From Rhynchobatus australiae (Eukaryota), in NCBI GenBank assembly GCA_034780895.1, contig JAUZTB010000017.1, positions 16,905,005-16,969,004 on the forward strand: a stretch of 64,000 nt of DNA, read 5' to 3'. Under the pieces are notes generated by a model that saw nothing but the letters and a program-made list of their open reading frames with translations, did no database searches and was not told where the DNA came from. Of this stretch, positions 1 through 12,070 are shown piece by piece. Position numbers and translations under genes: made by a program. Every line of letters begins with the position of its first letter. Within the stretch, counting starts at the first letter, position 1.

Positions 1-250
1 CACGATCTACCTTGTTGTGACCTTGCACCTTATTGCACTGCACTTTCTCTGTAGCTGTGACACTTTGCTCTGTACTGGTATTGTTTTTACCTCTACTACA
101 TCAATGCACTCTGTACTACATCAATGCATTCTGTACTAACCCAATGTAACTGCACTGTGTAATGAATTGATCTGTACGATCGGAATGCAAGACAAGTTTT
201 TCACTGTACCTCAGTACAAGTGACAATAATAAACCAATGCCAATACCAAT
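1..250 (+). mobile_element. 3' UTR of a Rex1/Babar-like LINE
   Basis: Closely similar to 25880-26045 and 38970-39172 (gaccttgcacc...tgcactttctctgtagctgtgacac...gtgacaataataaaccaat), ending in a ccaata-type tandem tail. Confidence 0.8.
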
Positions 251-2169
251 TCTGGATCCTTTCAATCAAATCAGACTATCCTTCAGTTTGCACTAATGCT
301 TTTTCTTAGTGCCTTCCCAACTTGCGAATTATCAAGCACTAAGAAAGGACAGACAACACTGGCAACAGATACCAAATGGAAAGGCCAAATGCAATGGGGT
401 TTGGCAACTCTGATTGGAGATATTCCAGGGACTTCCACTGAGTGAGTTGCAAACATTCTCTCCTCCCAGTCAGCTTCCCCAACCCATTTACAAAATGTTT
501 GCAATAAATAAAAAACATATCTTTATTAAACAATCCATTTGATTTTTCTCTTAACCACTATATCTAGGGGATTACTCTTTGGAGTCCCAGACAATTCTGG
601 AGGGTTAACAATCCTAGTGGGATTGCAAAGGCACAGCCTGAGAGCAGGTGCAGTTATTCAACAAGAATAAAACATCTTACAGGATAACAATACTTTTGGC
701 CCTTTGCCAATCTCTCAACCAGAGCCTACTCTGTCAACACTAAGCCAGCTGGGCCAGGCTAATCTTAGCCTCAAGCTCCTCATGGTTTCCAACCATGAAC
801 ATCTCAAAGACTCTCAAATACACCACAGCAGCCTTCCAGCTTCTATGCTGGAACCATTAGGGGAACATCTTCTGGAAAGCACAGCAGATTATAAAGCATA
901 CAAGAGAGGTCCCATGGGCCAACACAGGGTGATAATTGGTGCATACACATTTGTGTAAAGTGGTAAAGTGATGAAGCTCATTAAAATCATCATGTGCAGA
1001 CAAAGTTCCTGTAATGGATGTTGTTGCTGCCATGTTCATCATATTAATGCTGCTAAATTGGGCATTTGCACCTTTGTCAAAAAGGAACAAAAAATTTGGG
1101 CTATTATTGAATATCATAGCAGGGCAGAAGAGTTTATTTAGATGAAACACTCTTGAAATGCTACGGCCAAGGACTTATGGCTCCAGACAAGTTTTGCAGC
1201 CGTTCTGTGTTCAAACCTGCAACCTGCCAAGAATACTATCCAATTGTGATTTGAAGGGTTGTCCCAGTTGCATTCTACAGCATACCATCATATTAGCCAT
1301 TTTCTGTTGTCTGTTCTACAGAAAGTGACTAGACTTCTCCAGCCAATGAAATTGTTGATGTAGAACTTAATAAAGGTTATCTCTGAGAAGAGTCTGGCTG
1401 TCAAGTGTAAGCTTCTGAAAAATTTCAGAGACAAGATCTTCTTTCCAAGCAGCAACACTCTCACTTGCTGTGTAGGTGGGGTGGGGTATGGAAGAAAGGG
1501 GTGAGATAAAAGTTCAAATGTAATGTTGGAGAAACTGGAGTATCCATTGTCATTATGCTGTGAAATGGACAACTGAATTCAGGAGTAAGGACATCGCAGT
1601 TAAGTGCAAAAGTTCAGAAAATGTCTCAATGATCCTCTGCTCCTTCATAGGTATGCTGTTTTAGACTACCTATTCTCCAATCTCCAGAAATCAATTAATT
1701 AAGCTTCAGTATTTATGAAATATTCTCATTGCAAACTATCCTGAAATTGTTGCATTTTGTTGTATGAGGTATGAGTGAATTTTTAAGTGTTTTAATATGT
1801 AATTGTTGCTCAGGAATTTATCTAGTTCTAAAAAATATGAACAAAATCAATATTTTAGCTTTTAACCTCTACATTTACATTCTTATCACTATGTAGTAGG
1901 TTGCAAAATCTTAAAATATTAGATAAAAATTGTGCTTTATCCTTCCTTGATATCACTGATGACATCACTGCTATTGTTTACCAGGTATGTGAACCGATGC
2001 AAAGTATCCGTTAACGGAAAGAGGATTTGTTGACAATGAACTTACTAGATCTTTGATGGAAGTTTTCTTGAAAGTCAACAGCAAGGGGAGCAGCTTTACT
2101 GAGGAGCTCAAAATCCAGGCTGATAGCTTAATGAGAACCAACAGGAAAGTAGATATAGAACGTATGCTA

Positions 2170-2750
2170 TAAAACCAGAAAATGCTGGAAATACTCAGCA
2201 GGTCAAGCAGACAACATCTGTAGACAGAGATTTTACACTTCAGGTCCATGATGTTTGACCAGAATTAGGAAAGGTCAGAAATGAAAAAAAAATTAAGCTG
2301 CAGGTAATGGAGGGAGAGCAGAGAGAACAATAGGGAAGGTTAGTGAAAAGGAGAGACAGAATGAAGTGGGGCTGTTTCCAGAAGAGGGTGGTAAAGGTCT
2401 AAAATGAGATAAATGAAATCTGAATTTACCAGAAAAGAGAGAAAAAACATTTGAACATTGGATATGTGAGACACAAGGTTGGAAGGACCAATTATCTGAA
2501 AAGTGGGATTCAAAACAGAGTTGAGAAGGCTCTAAAATGCCTCACTGGAAGATGTTGTTCCTTGAGGTTACATCGAGCTTTGTTGGAACATTGTAGGAGG
2601 CCAAAGACAGACAGATCAGAGTGAGAGAGGGATGGAGAATTAAAGTTACCACTGCACACTGAATAAAGTGTTTCTCTCTGCACAGATACAGCCTGACTTG
2701 TGCATTTTCTGTTTTTATTTCTGAAATCCATGACCTGTAGTATTTTGTGT
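2170..2750 (-). mobile_element. Penelope-like element remnant with inverted terminal segments
   Basis: The minus ORF FNSPSLSHSDLSVFGLLQCSNKARCNLKEQHL resembles the C-terminus of the Penelope GIY-YIG domain. The ends aaaaccagaaaatgc and gcattttctgttttt are inverted copies. Confidence 0.7.
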
Positions 2751-3322
2751 CCACACATATGATATTCTATTGATGATCACACCACAGATCATCATACATA
2801 TTAAAGAATACATATCACTGCAAATCAGGGGGCAGTGAAACTGTCTAATGGAGCCTCCATGAGCAATCAATGACACCTCAGATTTGGGGTAGCCCACAGT
2901 CAGTTGAATCCTGAATCCTCTCCTGAACCTTGCAGATGTTCGTAGTGAAAATTGGTGAAGTGCCTGCTCCAGCACTCATGGCAATAGTCACTTGTTTAAT
3001 GCAAGCATAAACTGTAGACTAATTTATGTTACAGAATCTGCTGGCAACTTGTAAGGAGCTCAGTGCAATAGTCACCTTGATTGCAAAAGAAGTGGCATTT
3101 AATTGTAGGTTCTATGCTGTGATGGGTTCCTTACATAACTCCAGATTAAATATGTACTTTCCCTCAGGTAGGTACATTGTTTTATACCTGAAGTTTGTTT
3201 TGGGAGAGTCAGGAATCTTGCAAGTCTCCTGTTCACTTCTTCCTTCTCATATTGATCTTCTCCTCCTCTTGTGTGATCCAGTGATTTGTCACAAGGACTC
3301 TACAAAGTGATATGCTTTATGG

Positions 3323-3535
3323 ATGAGTCTAACCAGAATGATTTAACTGAAGGACTCCACCAGCTTTGCCAGAGAAATTTGACTTAAGGATCTATGAGTC
3401 TATCCAGTAAAATATGACTGAAGCATTCCATGAGTCTAGCTAGAATGATTTTCCTGAAGGAGTCCACAAGTCCAGCCAGTGATTTACCAGAGGGTCTACA
3501 GACATCCAGCCAAAGTATTTTGTCAGAATCTCCTC
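3323..3535. repeat. Degenerate minisatellite, about 36-bp period, about 6 units
   Basis: Units like atgagtctaaccagaatgatttaactgaaggactcc start at 3323, about 3359, 3394, 3430, 3466 and about 3498. Confidence 0.75.
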
Positions 3536-4619
3536 AAGAAGAAATGTATGCTGTCAGAAACCACTAGAGTCCAGAATATTGTGCACCCATCATATTCTGA
3601 AATTATCCATTTAGCGGAAAAAAGCACATGCAGATACAAAAACCGATCCAAATATCTGCAGCAAAGAAGAATGAATAATATTGAAAATGGCCTTTACCCA
3701 AATTGTCCCACCCATGGTTTGTATGAGGATTTAAGGACTAACAGAAGCACTATGGATGGAGACAAAAATTGCTTCATTTGACCTGGCATGCATGCAATAA
3801 TCAGGTCTCCTGTTTCAGACTCAAGTCAAAGTCACTTTCTGTTAAAGGAACCCAGTCTAAAAACTGACATTTATCTTCATCACTGTTGCTTCTACCTCCC
3901 ATTCCTCAATCATGACAATCATGACTACTTTCATTTTCATAAGCAATATGCTCCTAATCAATACTTTATTATATTATGATCTAATCACATAATTTGGGTG
4001 GCCTTACTGCACCAATTTTGAAAGAGATTGTGGACTATTATTGCAATAAAAAGGTGGAACTCAGAGAGAAAAGAGAAACTAAACTCTCCAAGCATAAATC
4101 CTGATTCTTGACTGCTTTCATTTACCAGTTTCTGGCCAATCTACCCTGAATCAATTTAACCCCCCCCCCCCCCACAAAGAAATTAACATCTAAAAATATC
4201 ACAAATNNNNNNNNNNNNNNNNNNNNNNNNNNNNNNNNNNNNNNNNNNNNNNNNNNNNNNNNNNNNNNNNNNNNNNNNNNNNNNNNNNNNNNNNNNNNNN
4301 NNNNNNATCAGAGCTTTACACTGAAAGAACAATTTGTATCACTACTACCATAGCCACAAGCTGCAGTATACACCAGCAATGATTTTAGTTTTAGTTAGCA
4401 TGAAACAATGCCACCCAATGTGCAATCAGACAACTTATATTTTGTTCTACATGAGATGAGGCTGTGCATACTTTGAACTGCATATATTTCTGGAAAAAAA
4501 AAGCACAAATGGTAAAACAAGTGCCAAGAAGGAAACTCAGTTCAGTTATATAACACTTCTGCAATGAGGAGGAAGGTTATTTATAGAAAAAGCACAATAG
4601 ATTCCTACCTTGACCTTAC

Positions 4620-4681
4620 CTTCGCAACATTCCTGTCAATATCCTCGAGCTCTTACCAAGGTTTGTATCAGTTTCACGCAG
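4620..4681 (-). CDS. vti1a: vti1a coding exon (equivalent of human exon 7), 62 nt: LRETDTNLGKSSRILTGMLR(R)
   Basis: ttttccattttccctttcAG|CTGCGTGAA...TTGCGAAG|GTaagg. It matches the recalled human LRETDANLGKSSRILTGMLRR; phase 0-2. Confidence 0.97.
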
Positions 4682-6321
4682 CTGAAAGGGAAAATGGAAA
4701 AGCAAAGGTTTACTTGGTAGAACATGACTAAATAGTTATTTCAGACACAAAAGTTCAACTTTCAAACTGAAAACAGGTCTCCACTGCCAATGATAGGAGT
4801 TCCTTTTTGCAGTTTTAGAAGAAAGACACTCATATTCTACCAAGAAATAAGTACGACTAGACTAGTACATCAAATAAAAGAATCTTTCTAGTTCCAAGAA
4901 AGCAATGCACTCTCACTATATAACCCATATATTTTTTTCTTCACAAGATGACAAATCTAATGTATATTTTCAGCATTAGCAGTTTAAAAAATATTGTGAC
5001 AGAAGCCAACTTTGATCATTTATATTCTTCATGCAAAAGAACTTTAGCTTTAATAAAAATAATTTGGCAAACACAGGAATAAGTTGAAACAGTCAAGGTT
5101 ATGACCTGGAATTCATAAAATGTTTGTGCATTGTAACAACATTTTATAAGGAAAATGATATTTCTCTATTCTACCTTTCTTTCCTAGGTAAAAAGACAGA
5201 ATTCCTTTAAGGTATATTCATGCACAAAAGTGCACACACCAATCTTTTGGGGAGTCTAAAGCTAGCATGTTGTTTTTGTACTGATCCCTTTTGCTACCTT
5301 TGTAGAAATATGCAGTCATAAAAAAAACCTCTGAACTGTGCTCTTGAAGTTAGAATTCTGGAATGAACAAAGAGGAATGAATTTGCATTTCTTTTCCCAC
5401 ACTAGTGTGGAATGCATACAATCTGAGAGTTGGAAAAACTGACTGCACAGATTGCTTGATTATAAATTTAAAATACAATGGCTGACGAAAATCAAACATG
5501 AAGTACATTTTCAGAGGTCTACAGCCAACCCGAACAAGCTAATGTTGCATTACGTCAATTAGCTGTTTTTTTTCAAAACTCCAGCCCAACCAGGATATGT
5601 AAGGGGGAAGGTTAAGAGATAATGAAAAAAAATGCAAATAAGAAAATTAAAAAGAATAATTCACATAAAAATTATCCTGTGGTGTTGTATGAACCAATTT
5701 TCAGTATTTACATACATTAAATATAAGGTTATAGGGATATGAGAATTATAAGACATAAATGGTAAGATACACAAACACAACAAATGATGACCGAAATTTG
5801 AAAATCTTGAATAAAGATTACATCCCTTGCTCATTTCACTACTCAGAAAAAAGACAAGGCATGGTTGTGCATTGAAATTTTTTTTATTATGTTCAGAAAA
5901 CTGAGGCACTTTTATTTGGGCACTATTTGCAGATCAATGCAATATTTTTTCAATAAACTCCAGATGGCAAAAGCTAACTGACATTTATTAATCCAAAGTT
6001 GTATGAAGAAAACAAACTTGAAATTAGATACAGTTCATGCAAGAGCACGAGTGTTAGCAACATTAATTTTGGTGGTTTTCATCCTACAGACAGAAATCTT
6101 TAAAAAACTGTCTATAAAAATCAGTCTAAATTAGGAATAGAGGTGGGCTTTTTCCATTTAGCTGTTAATATGCATTTACCGGTGTAAAATTTTATAGTTT
6201 TATGTTTAAAAAAAATCAGAGTTCTTTAAAACCCTTGATCTGAAGATGATTATTTAGCTTCATATTTTTTTTAAACAGAGATTGACCAAAACCCACTTCA
6301 GTTACACAATTTCAAACTCAC

Positions 6322-6392
6322 CCTTTCCCGAGCTCGTTGAATCTTTTCTTTGTCATGATGCAGGTTCTCCAGGATCTCCTGTCCAATTTGTT
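6322..6392 (-). CDS. vti1a: vti1a coding exon (equivalent of human exon 6), 71 nt: EQIGQEILENLHHDKEKIQRARER
   Basis: ttgggttgcAG|AACAAATT...GAAAGG|GTgagt. Phase 1-0, in frame with the previous exon. It encodes the SNARE core with Asp at the zero layer (LHH-D-KEK), typical of Vti1a rather than Vti1b. Confidence 0.97.
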
Positions 6393-7439
6393 CTGCAACC
6401 CAAAGATAACAATCACTACAAGTTACACTGCTTTTTAAATAGTTGATAAAAATGAATTATCAAAATCTATTCAGTGTGCAAAGCAGTGAGATAGAACCTA
6501 AGCTGAATCAACTACCTTCAAAACTTCACAGAAACTAAATAATGTTAATGGCCAACCTCCAACCTGCAGAGAAACCAATTTCTGCAAAAAACAATAGGAA
6601 AGTGGAGAAACATTGCAAAAAGCAAATTGTCTTTTGTATAATTTTGTAGTAAGTGGATAGGTCATTTCTAGAGAACTGAAGGATTAGGGGAAACATACCA
6701 TAAAATTTTTTTGAAACCAAATACAAACAATAAAACATAAAAGGTGCTATGGTAAGACTGGTAGAAAAAAAGCTCGGCTTCCAACTTCCAATTTCATAAT
6801 TATTGCTGAATTGTGGAAACATTTATTTCACATTCTATCTAAATATATTTATGTGAAGATCTGGCATTTTCTTTAAAATTTCTGACCTTAAATTCTTTGA
6901 AGATATTTACAAATGGGAATTTTCAGAGAAATCTCTGATCAGAGTTAATAATTTGTTTTTCTCTAAGTAGAAAGCATCTACAATGAAAAATTTAATGTTA
7001 TTAAAAAATTTTTAAACATTAAAATTTAATCAAAACTTAACAATTAAGAAATATTAAATAAAATTGACAATAATATATCTTGTATAGAGTTTGCGAAAGT
7101 GTTAACTGCTGGAGCTAACAATGACAGATGTAGCTGGATAAATTTTTTTCAGATATTTGACTATAAATTGATGTTCCCATTAAGGTATTTCTTCGGTACT
7201 GNNNNNNNNNNNNNNNNNNNNNNNNNNNNNNNNNNNNNNNNNNNNNNNNNNNNNNNNNNNNNNNNNNNNNNNNNNNNNNNNNNNNNNNNNNNNNNNNNNN
7301 NCGGTACTGGTTCGTCTCATGGGATTTTCAATAGCATAACGCCTCCCCAAAGGTTCAATGCATTTTAAGAATTTTATGATAAAAAGAATACAGTGAGAAA
7401 AATGTTTTAAGATGATCTCGTACACCCTCCCATAGAAAA

Positions 7440-8320
7440 AACAAGGAAAACAGATGCCATTAAATACTGCTGATTCAAAGCAGGTTGGTTAATTAGATTT
7501 TTCTCTGTTTCGTTTGGCTGCCAAGTTGACATCTTCACCTTGGTTCTAATGATTCAATCTATTTCTACCAGCAAATGTGACAATGCCACAGACAGTAATT
7601 GAGGGTAAAACATTGTCACTTTGATGAATTGTGTTTTTTCCTCATAGTCAATGACTAGTGAAGTCAATAAACAAGGAAAAGAAGCATGTCCGCTGGAATA
7701 TCACAAAATGAATTGTTGTCTTGACACATAGGGATCAAAACATCATACATTAATTTCATCCTGGTGTGGGGCACAATGGCATCTGCTTCACTCTGACTGT
7801 CTGCACAGATAAATAATTGGGGCTATCATCAATTTTGCAAGAGTTTTTTTTTATTCAGTATGCAGCACAACTGACGAACTTTGGCCCTTTTCACAAGGAG
7901 AACAGCCACAAGCAGAAAGTGCAGCCGTGACATAGATGACACTAGAGCAGTACCTCCTAAATAACTATATTCAAGGTAACTACAAGCTTGAAGATAAACA
8001 CATGAAAGGATAATTTTTAAGGGAGAAAAAAAGTACTTTTTATCATCTTTAAACAGTTCTATGAAGGCCGGTAGGGCTCGCCATCCTTGTGACTGGTCTG
8101 AAATAATTCATCCTCTGAATATGAATTAGCACTGGGTAATCACAGCATATTTATTACGCATTTCTGTGGTCCTTTCCTCCTGTGAATGCTGTATTATTCA
8201 TTGCTTCTGCCCTGACCCTGATGCGCTCCTGTTCTGACAAATCATACTTGATTAAGACAAATCTTTATTAGTTAGGTAGTCAACTTCCCCATTTATCATT
8301 TGCAAATCTCATTCCCCTTT
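7440..8320. promoter_or_regulatory. Candidate intronic enhancer block
   Basis: Non-repetitive and less AT-rich than its flanks; TTCAAAG at 7474-7480 and CTTTGAT at 7619-7625 (TCF/LEF), plus TAATTA and TGACA motifs. Confidence 0.35.
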
Positions 8321-8875
8321 TCCAAGTATGTTAAAACTGACTACTGCAATTTGGCAGAAGCTGTATAAAATGCTTATTATGGGAAATAAGTGCAAATGCA
8401 GATGCAAAAGTCAGCAATGGATGAAATGGGAGTAGGCTATATATCAGCAATTCAAAATAAACATATCAGAATTACAAACTTAACTCGTGCTATAACAAGA
8501 GGTGAATTTTGTTTTCGTTTATTTTACAATACAATATGCAAAGTTAGAATCTATAAGCGATTTAACCAGAAGACAGAGCAGTCCTCAACAGACTGTGCAA
8601 CAATATTGATACTCATTGCTTTTCCTTTACTACCAATATTGATCTTGCAAACCTGGTAAGCACAAAACTGGTCAACAATATATGAAATATTGTTAAATCA
8701 TACAGGAATTAAAAGATATTAAATTGAATAGTAAATGCCACTTCATGGTTCTGATGTCATATACCGGTCCTTAATTCATAAATCACAGGTTTATATTTCA
8801 GTTCAGACAATATTTGAAGTTGTTTACACTAACAGTTTTTGTTAGCGCACTCAATGAACTGCCTTACAATGATAG

Positions 8876-8975
8876 GACGGCATACTGGTGCAGCAGATTG
8901 TGCTGCTGCCACACAGCTCCAGTGACTAGGCTTTGATCCAGTGCTGTCTGTGTGGATTTTGCACATCTTTCCTGT

Positions 8976-9046
<71 letters not shown>

Positions 9047-9380
9047 NNNNNNNNNNNNNNNNNNNNNNNNNNNNNNNNNNNNNNNNNNNNNNNNNNNNNN
9101 NNNNNNNNNNNNNNNNNNNNNNNNNNNNNNNNNNNNNNNNNNNNNNGAGTTCCGCCCAGTTGCTCTGGTTTCCTCCCACGTCCCAAAGATGTGTTGGTAG
9201 GTTAATTGCCTATTGTAAACTGTCCCTGCTGGAGGAGAATCAGGGTCGAGTTGACAGGAATATGAGACAGAACTGGCTTTCAGAAAATAAATAGGAGAAC
9301 AGGATCGATGGTAATGCTCTCAGAGCTGGCACAGACTGGATGGGCTGAGTGGCCTCCTCCTTTGTCATAGGAATATATGA
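8876..9380 (+). mobile_element. tRNA-derived V-SINE (HE1-like) with CR1-like tail, interrupted by poly-G and a gap
   Basis: tRNA-like head; central ctggtttcctcccacgtcccaaagatgtg...ggttaattg; tail gatgggctgagtggcctcct. Confidence 0.75.
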
Positions 9381-11589
9381 GAATGATGACAGTGAAGCCC
9401 ATTTAAACAAAGTAATGAGTTGGGGGACAAGGGTGGGCAAAGAAGAAAAAGACAATAAGGAAATGCAATCCATGAGACAAACTAGTTTAAATACTATTCC
9501 TGTTGTCAAATGTGATGGGCTAGGAAGTAACTACATAAAGATTCTTTGCCAGATTTCTAATGTTAGTTAAATTCTCTCTCAAGTTGGTCGACGTGCAGTT
9601 AAAGATGAGTATGTTTTACAATCTTAACAGTTTGTAGGCATACTCTGAAACTATTTATGTAATGTTCTTCCCTTTCACTAAGCAATTTAATGATTTTTGT
9701 AGCCTTTACTTAAGGCTAAGATTTAGTTTTGCCTGAGGATTGCAGAGTGCTGTTTGAAGTTTGTTAAGCCATAGGTTTATACTGGATGTTGAACTGAGTG
9801 GTTATTGGTTAGGTTAGATTGCATATGTCTGTAAATTAGAACACGATGAAATTGAATAATGTCGGAATGATATTCTCCAGTTTTGTACTTGATTACCTCC
9901 AATGTCAGAGAAATTACACATTTTTTTCTTCTTGGACACATTATTTGGAGCCATTTGTCATACTCAAGAAATTAAATACAGGACTACCCATGACAGAACA
10001 AATTGCACATAGCCTATTTGAATAAGCATTAGTAGTGTGTAGGTTCTTTGCTTAATATACACTTCGTTCTTTTGTTGCAATGTTAAAAAGGTGGAAGAGG
10101 GTGAAATTCTTTACAAAATCACCCAAAGGTAGGCTGAACATACACATTAACTTAAGTTTTCATCAGAGAAATTGTTTTCAAGAGTTGTATCTTGCAAATG
10201 AAATTTTACAACTATAATGAATCACAATTAAATACAAAAAGGCAGACATTTTAGTTGTATGCCTTATAATCATAATTAAGAATTATGCCAAAGTGGTTTA
10301 TAATACTTTCTGACTCACTGATATTAATTTCCTATGTCTAACTTTGATTTTTATTTCTAACAGTACAACAGCAAAAACAGAATACATTGCATCATTTTGA
10401 GAACAAGATGCTAATCAATAAACTTATAAATAACTCAAATAAAACTTTGCAGCCCAAATGAATAGTATGATAGGACCTAAGAAATAGATATACCAATGCA
10501 ACAAAGGCAAAAACTCTTAAACTGAAATAATTTTGCCAGAATTCCTATCTTCTCATGTAAGAAAAAAAACAAGCAAAAATTAATAAAAAGGTATTGCTCT
10601 CGATTAAAATGCTAATAGTTCTTTGTGTGCAGTTCTTTGGGGAACAGAAGAAGTCCTCAATTAAGGATTTCTCATTCTGACACCAAATTTTAGGGTCACA
10701 TATCTAAAAAGCATTTCTCAAGTAATTAAAATAATTTTTGTGTTGATGTCTTTTAAATCAATCAAAGTTGTAAGCAATGTGAACGAATAACAGAAATATT
10801 GGCTGCCCATTTTACTTATTCTAAGAACAAAAAGTCAGTCTATTGGAAACCAAATCCACCCTGGCTGCGAGGATCAGTCAAACTCTGGAAAGAACAGTAG
10901 ACATTCTCAGTTGTCTGTAACAAAAAAAAGTGCTCGTGATATTTTCAAGACCTGCTCCATACATTGCTTCAATCAAAAGATATTAAAACATATTTTGAGA
11001 ACTTAATATTATGCCAATGGTCTAATGAGCAAACCTTCCCTGCTCTAATAAATGATACAGAGACCATTATTTCTATGCACAAGTAGATATCTGCATATTT
11101 TAGCCCCTTGCTGTCAAAAGCTGCTACACTTTATGATTCTGTTTGTAGGCTAGGATTTTGTAATAAGAATGACAGTGAGATGACGCTCAGCATGATTATG
11201 GAGTAAATCAAACAGCAACCTTCAATACCCACACAAATACAATTAAACACTAAATTGGGAATATGCTTTCTAAGTTGCCCTGTTCCTCCATGAGCTTAAC
11301 TACATTGGTACATCACTGCAAGATTCAGCACTAAATATTTGAAGGCCGCAAAGTTGCAGTATTTATATATCCATCATACTCGATGTAAAAAGTTAGGGAC
11401 TGCTCATTCAAGGGTTAACAATGTCTTAATTATGACAAAGTAACCTCAACAACATTCAATTTTATGTATGGAATCTTACTTCAGATTGATTATTACTGCA
11501 GATGTAATAATTATTTAAATATTTTAACTTGTTTCCTTTTGCGAACATAACAAAGTGTACCATTTATTGGAGCCAATTAAATGTAAAAT

Positions 11590-12070
11590 GGAACTCTATG
11601 TTGGGGATACTGATTCGTTGATCCTGCAGTGGACTTCGAGGATGCTGCAGAGACAACATTGGTGGTACTTCTCCAGGGCTTTCGCATCCGTGCTGTAGGT
11701 AGTGTCCATGTCTCTGAACATATGGTGAGAGGGATCATTGCTGCCTGGTAGGCCATGAGCTTTGTACCAGATCAGAGGTCTTGATCTTTGAATATTCTTT
11801 TCTGCTTTACCTTGCCTCCTGACAAGAAAAGGCTATGATGAGACCCCAGAAATTGTGGATCTCTTTCCATATCTTGGGAGCCATATCTCAGTGAAGTCAG
11901 ACATAAATGATGAAATTCACCACCACCTCCAATGCTCCAGAAATGCCTTTGGCCATCTGAAGAAAACACAATGAAAGTTCAGGACTTCAAACCTGGCACA
12001 TGATCTACCAGGCAGCACAGATCACCACCTGCATCGTATGCTTCAGAGTCATGAACCACCTACCCAAGTA
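11590..12070 (-). mobile_element. RTE/BovB-like LINE fragment (post-RT region), decayed
   Basis: Minus-strand pieces RIFKDQDL, GTKLMAYQAA and KALEKYHQ resemble RTE ORF motifs; frameshifted. Confidence 0.7.

Noticed and set aside
3323-3535. CRISPR-like array (36-bp period)
   Set aside because: There are no unique spacers and no cas genes, and the context is a vertebrate intron; it is a minisatellite.
1-4600. Terminal transmembrane exon of vti1a (IIQNRIL...)
   Set aside because: No matching minus-strand sequence was found; it probably lies beyond the window start.
8829-9294. Poly-Pro and poly-Gly ORFs and an apparent G-quadruplex tract
   Set aside because: The run of about 70 G abuts a 100-N gap in the middle of a SINE. 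It is most likely a sequencing or assembly artefact, and the ORFs exist only because of the G run and the Ns.
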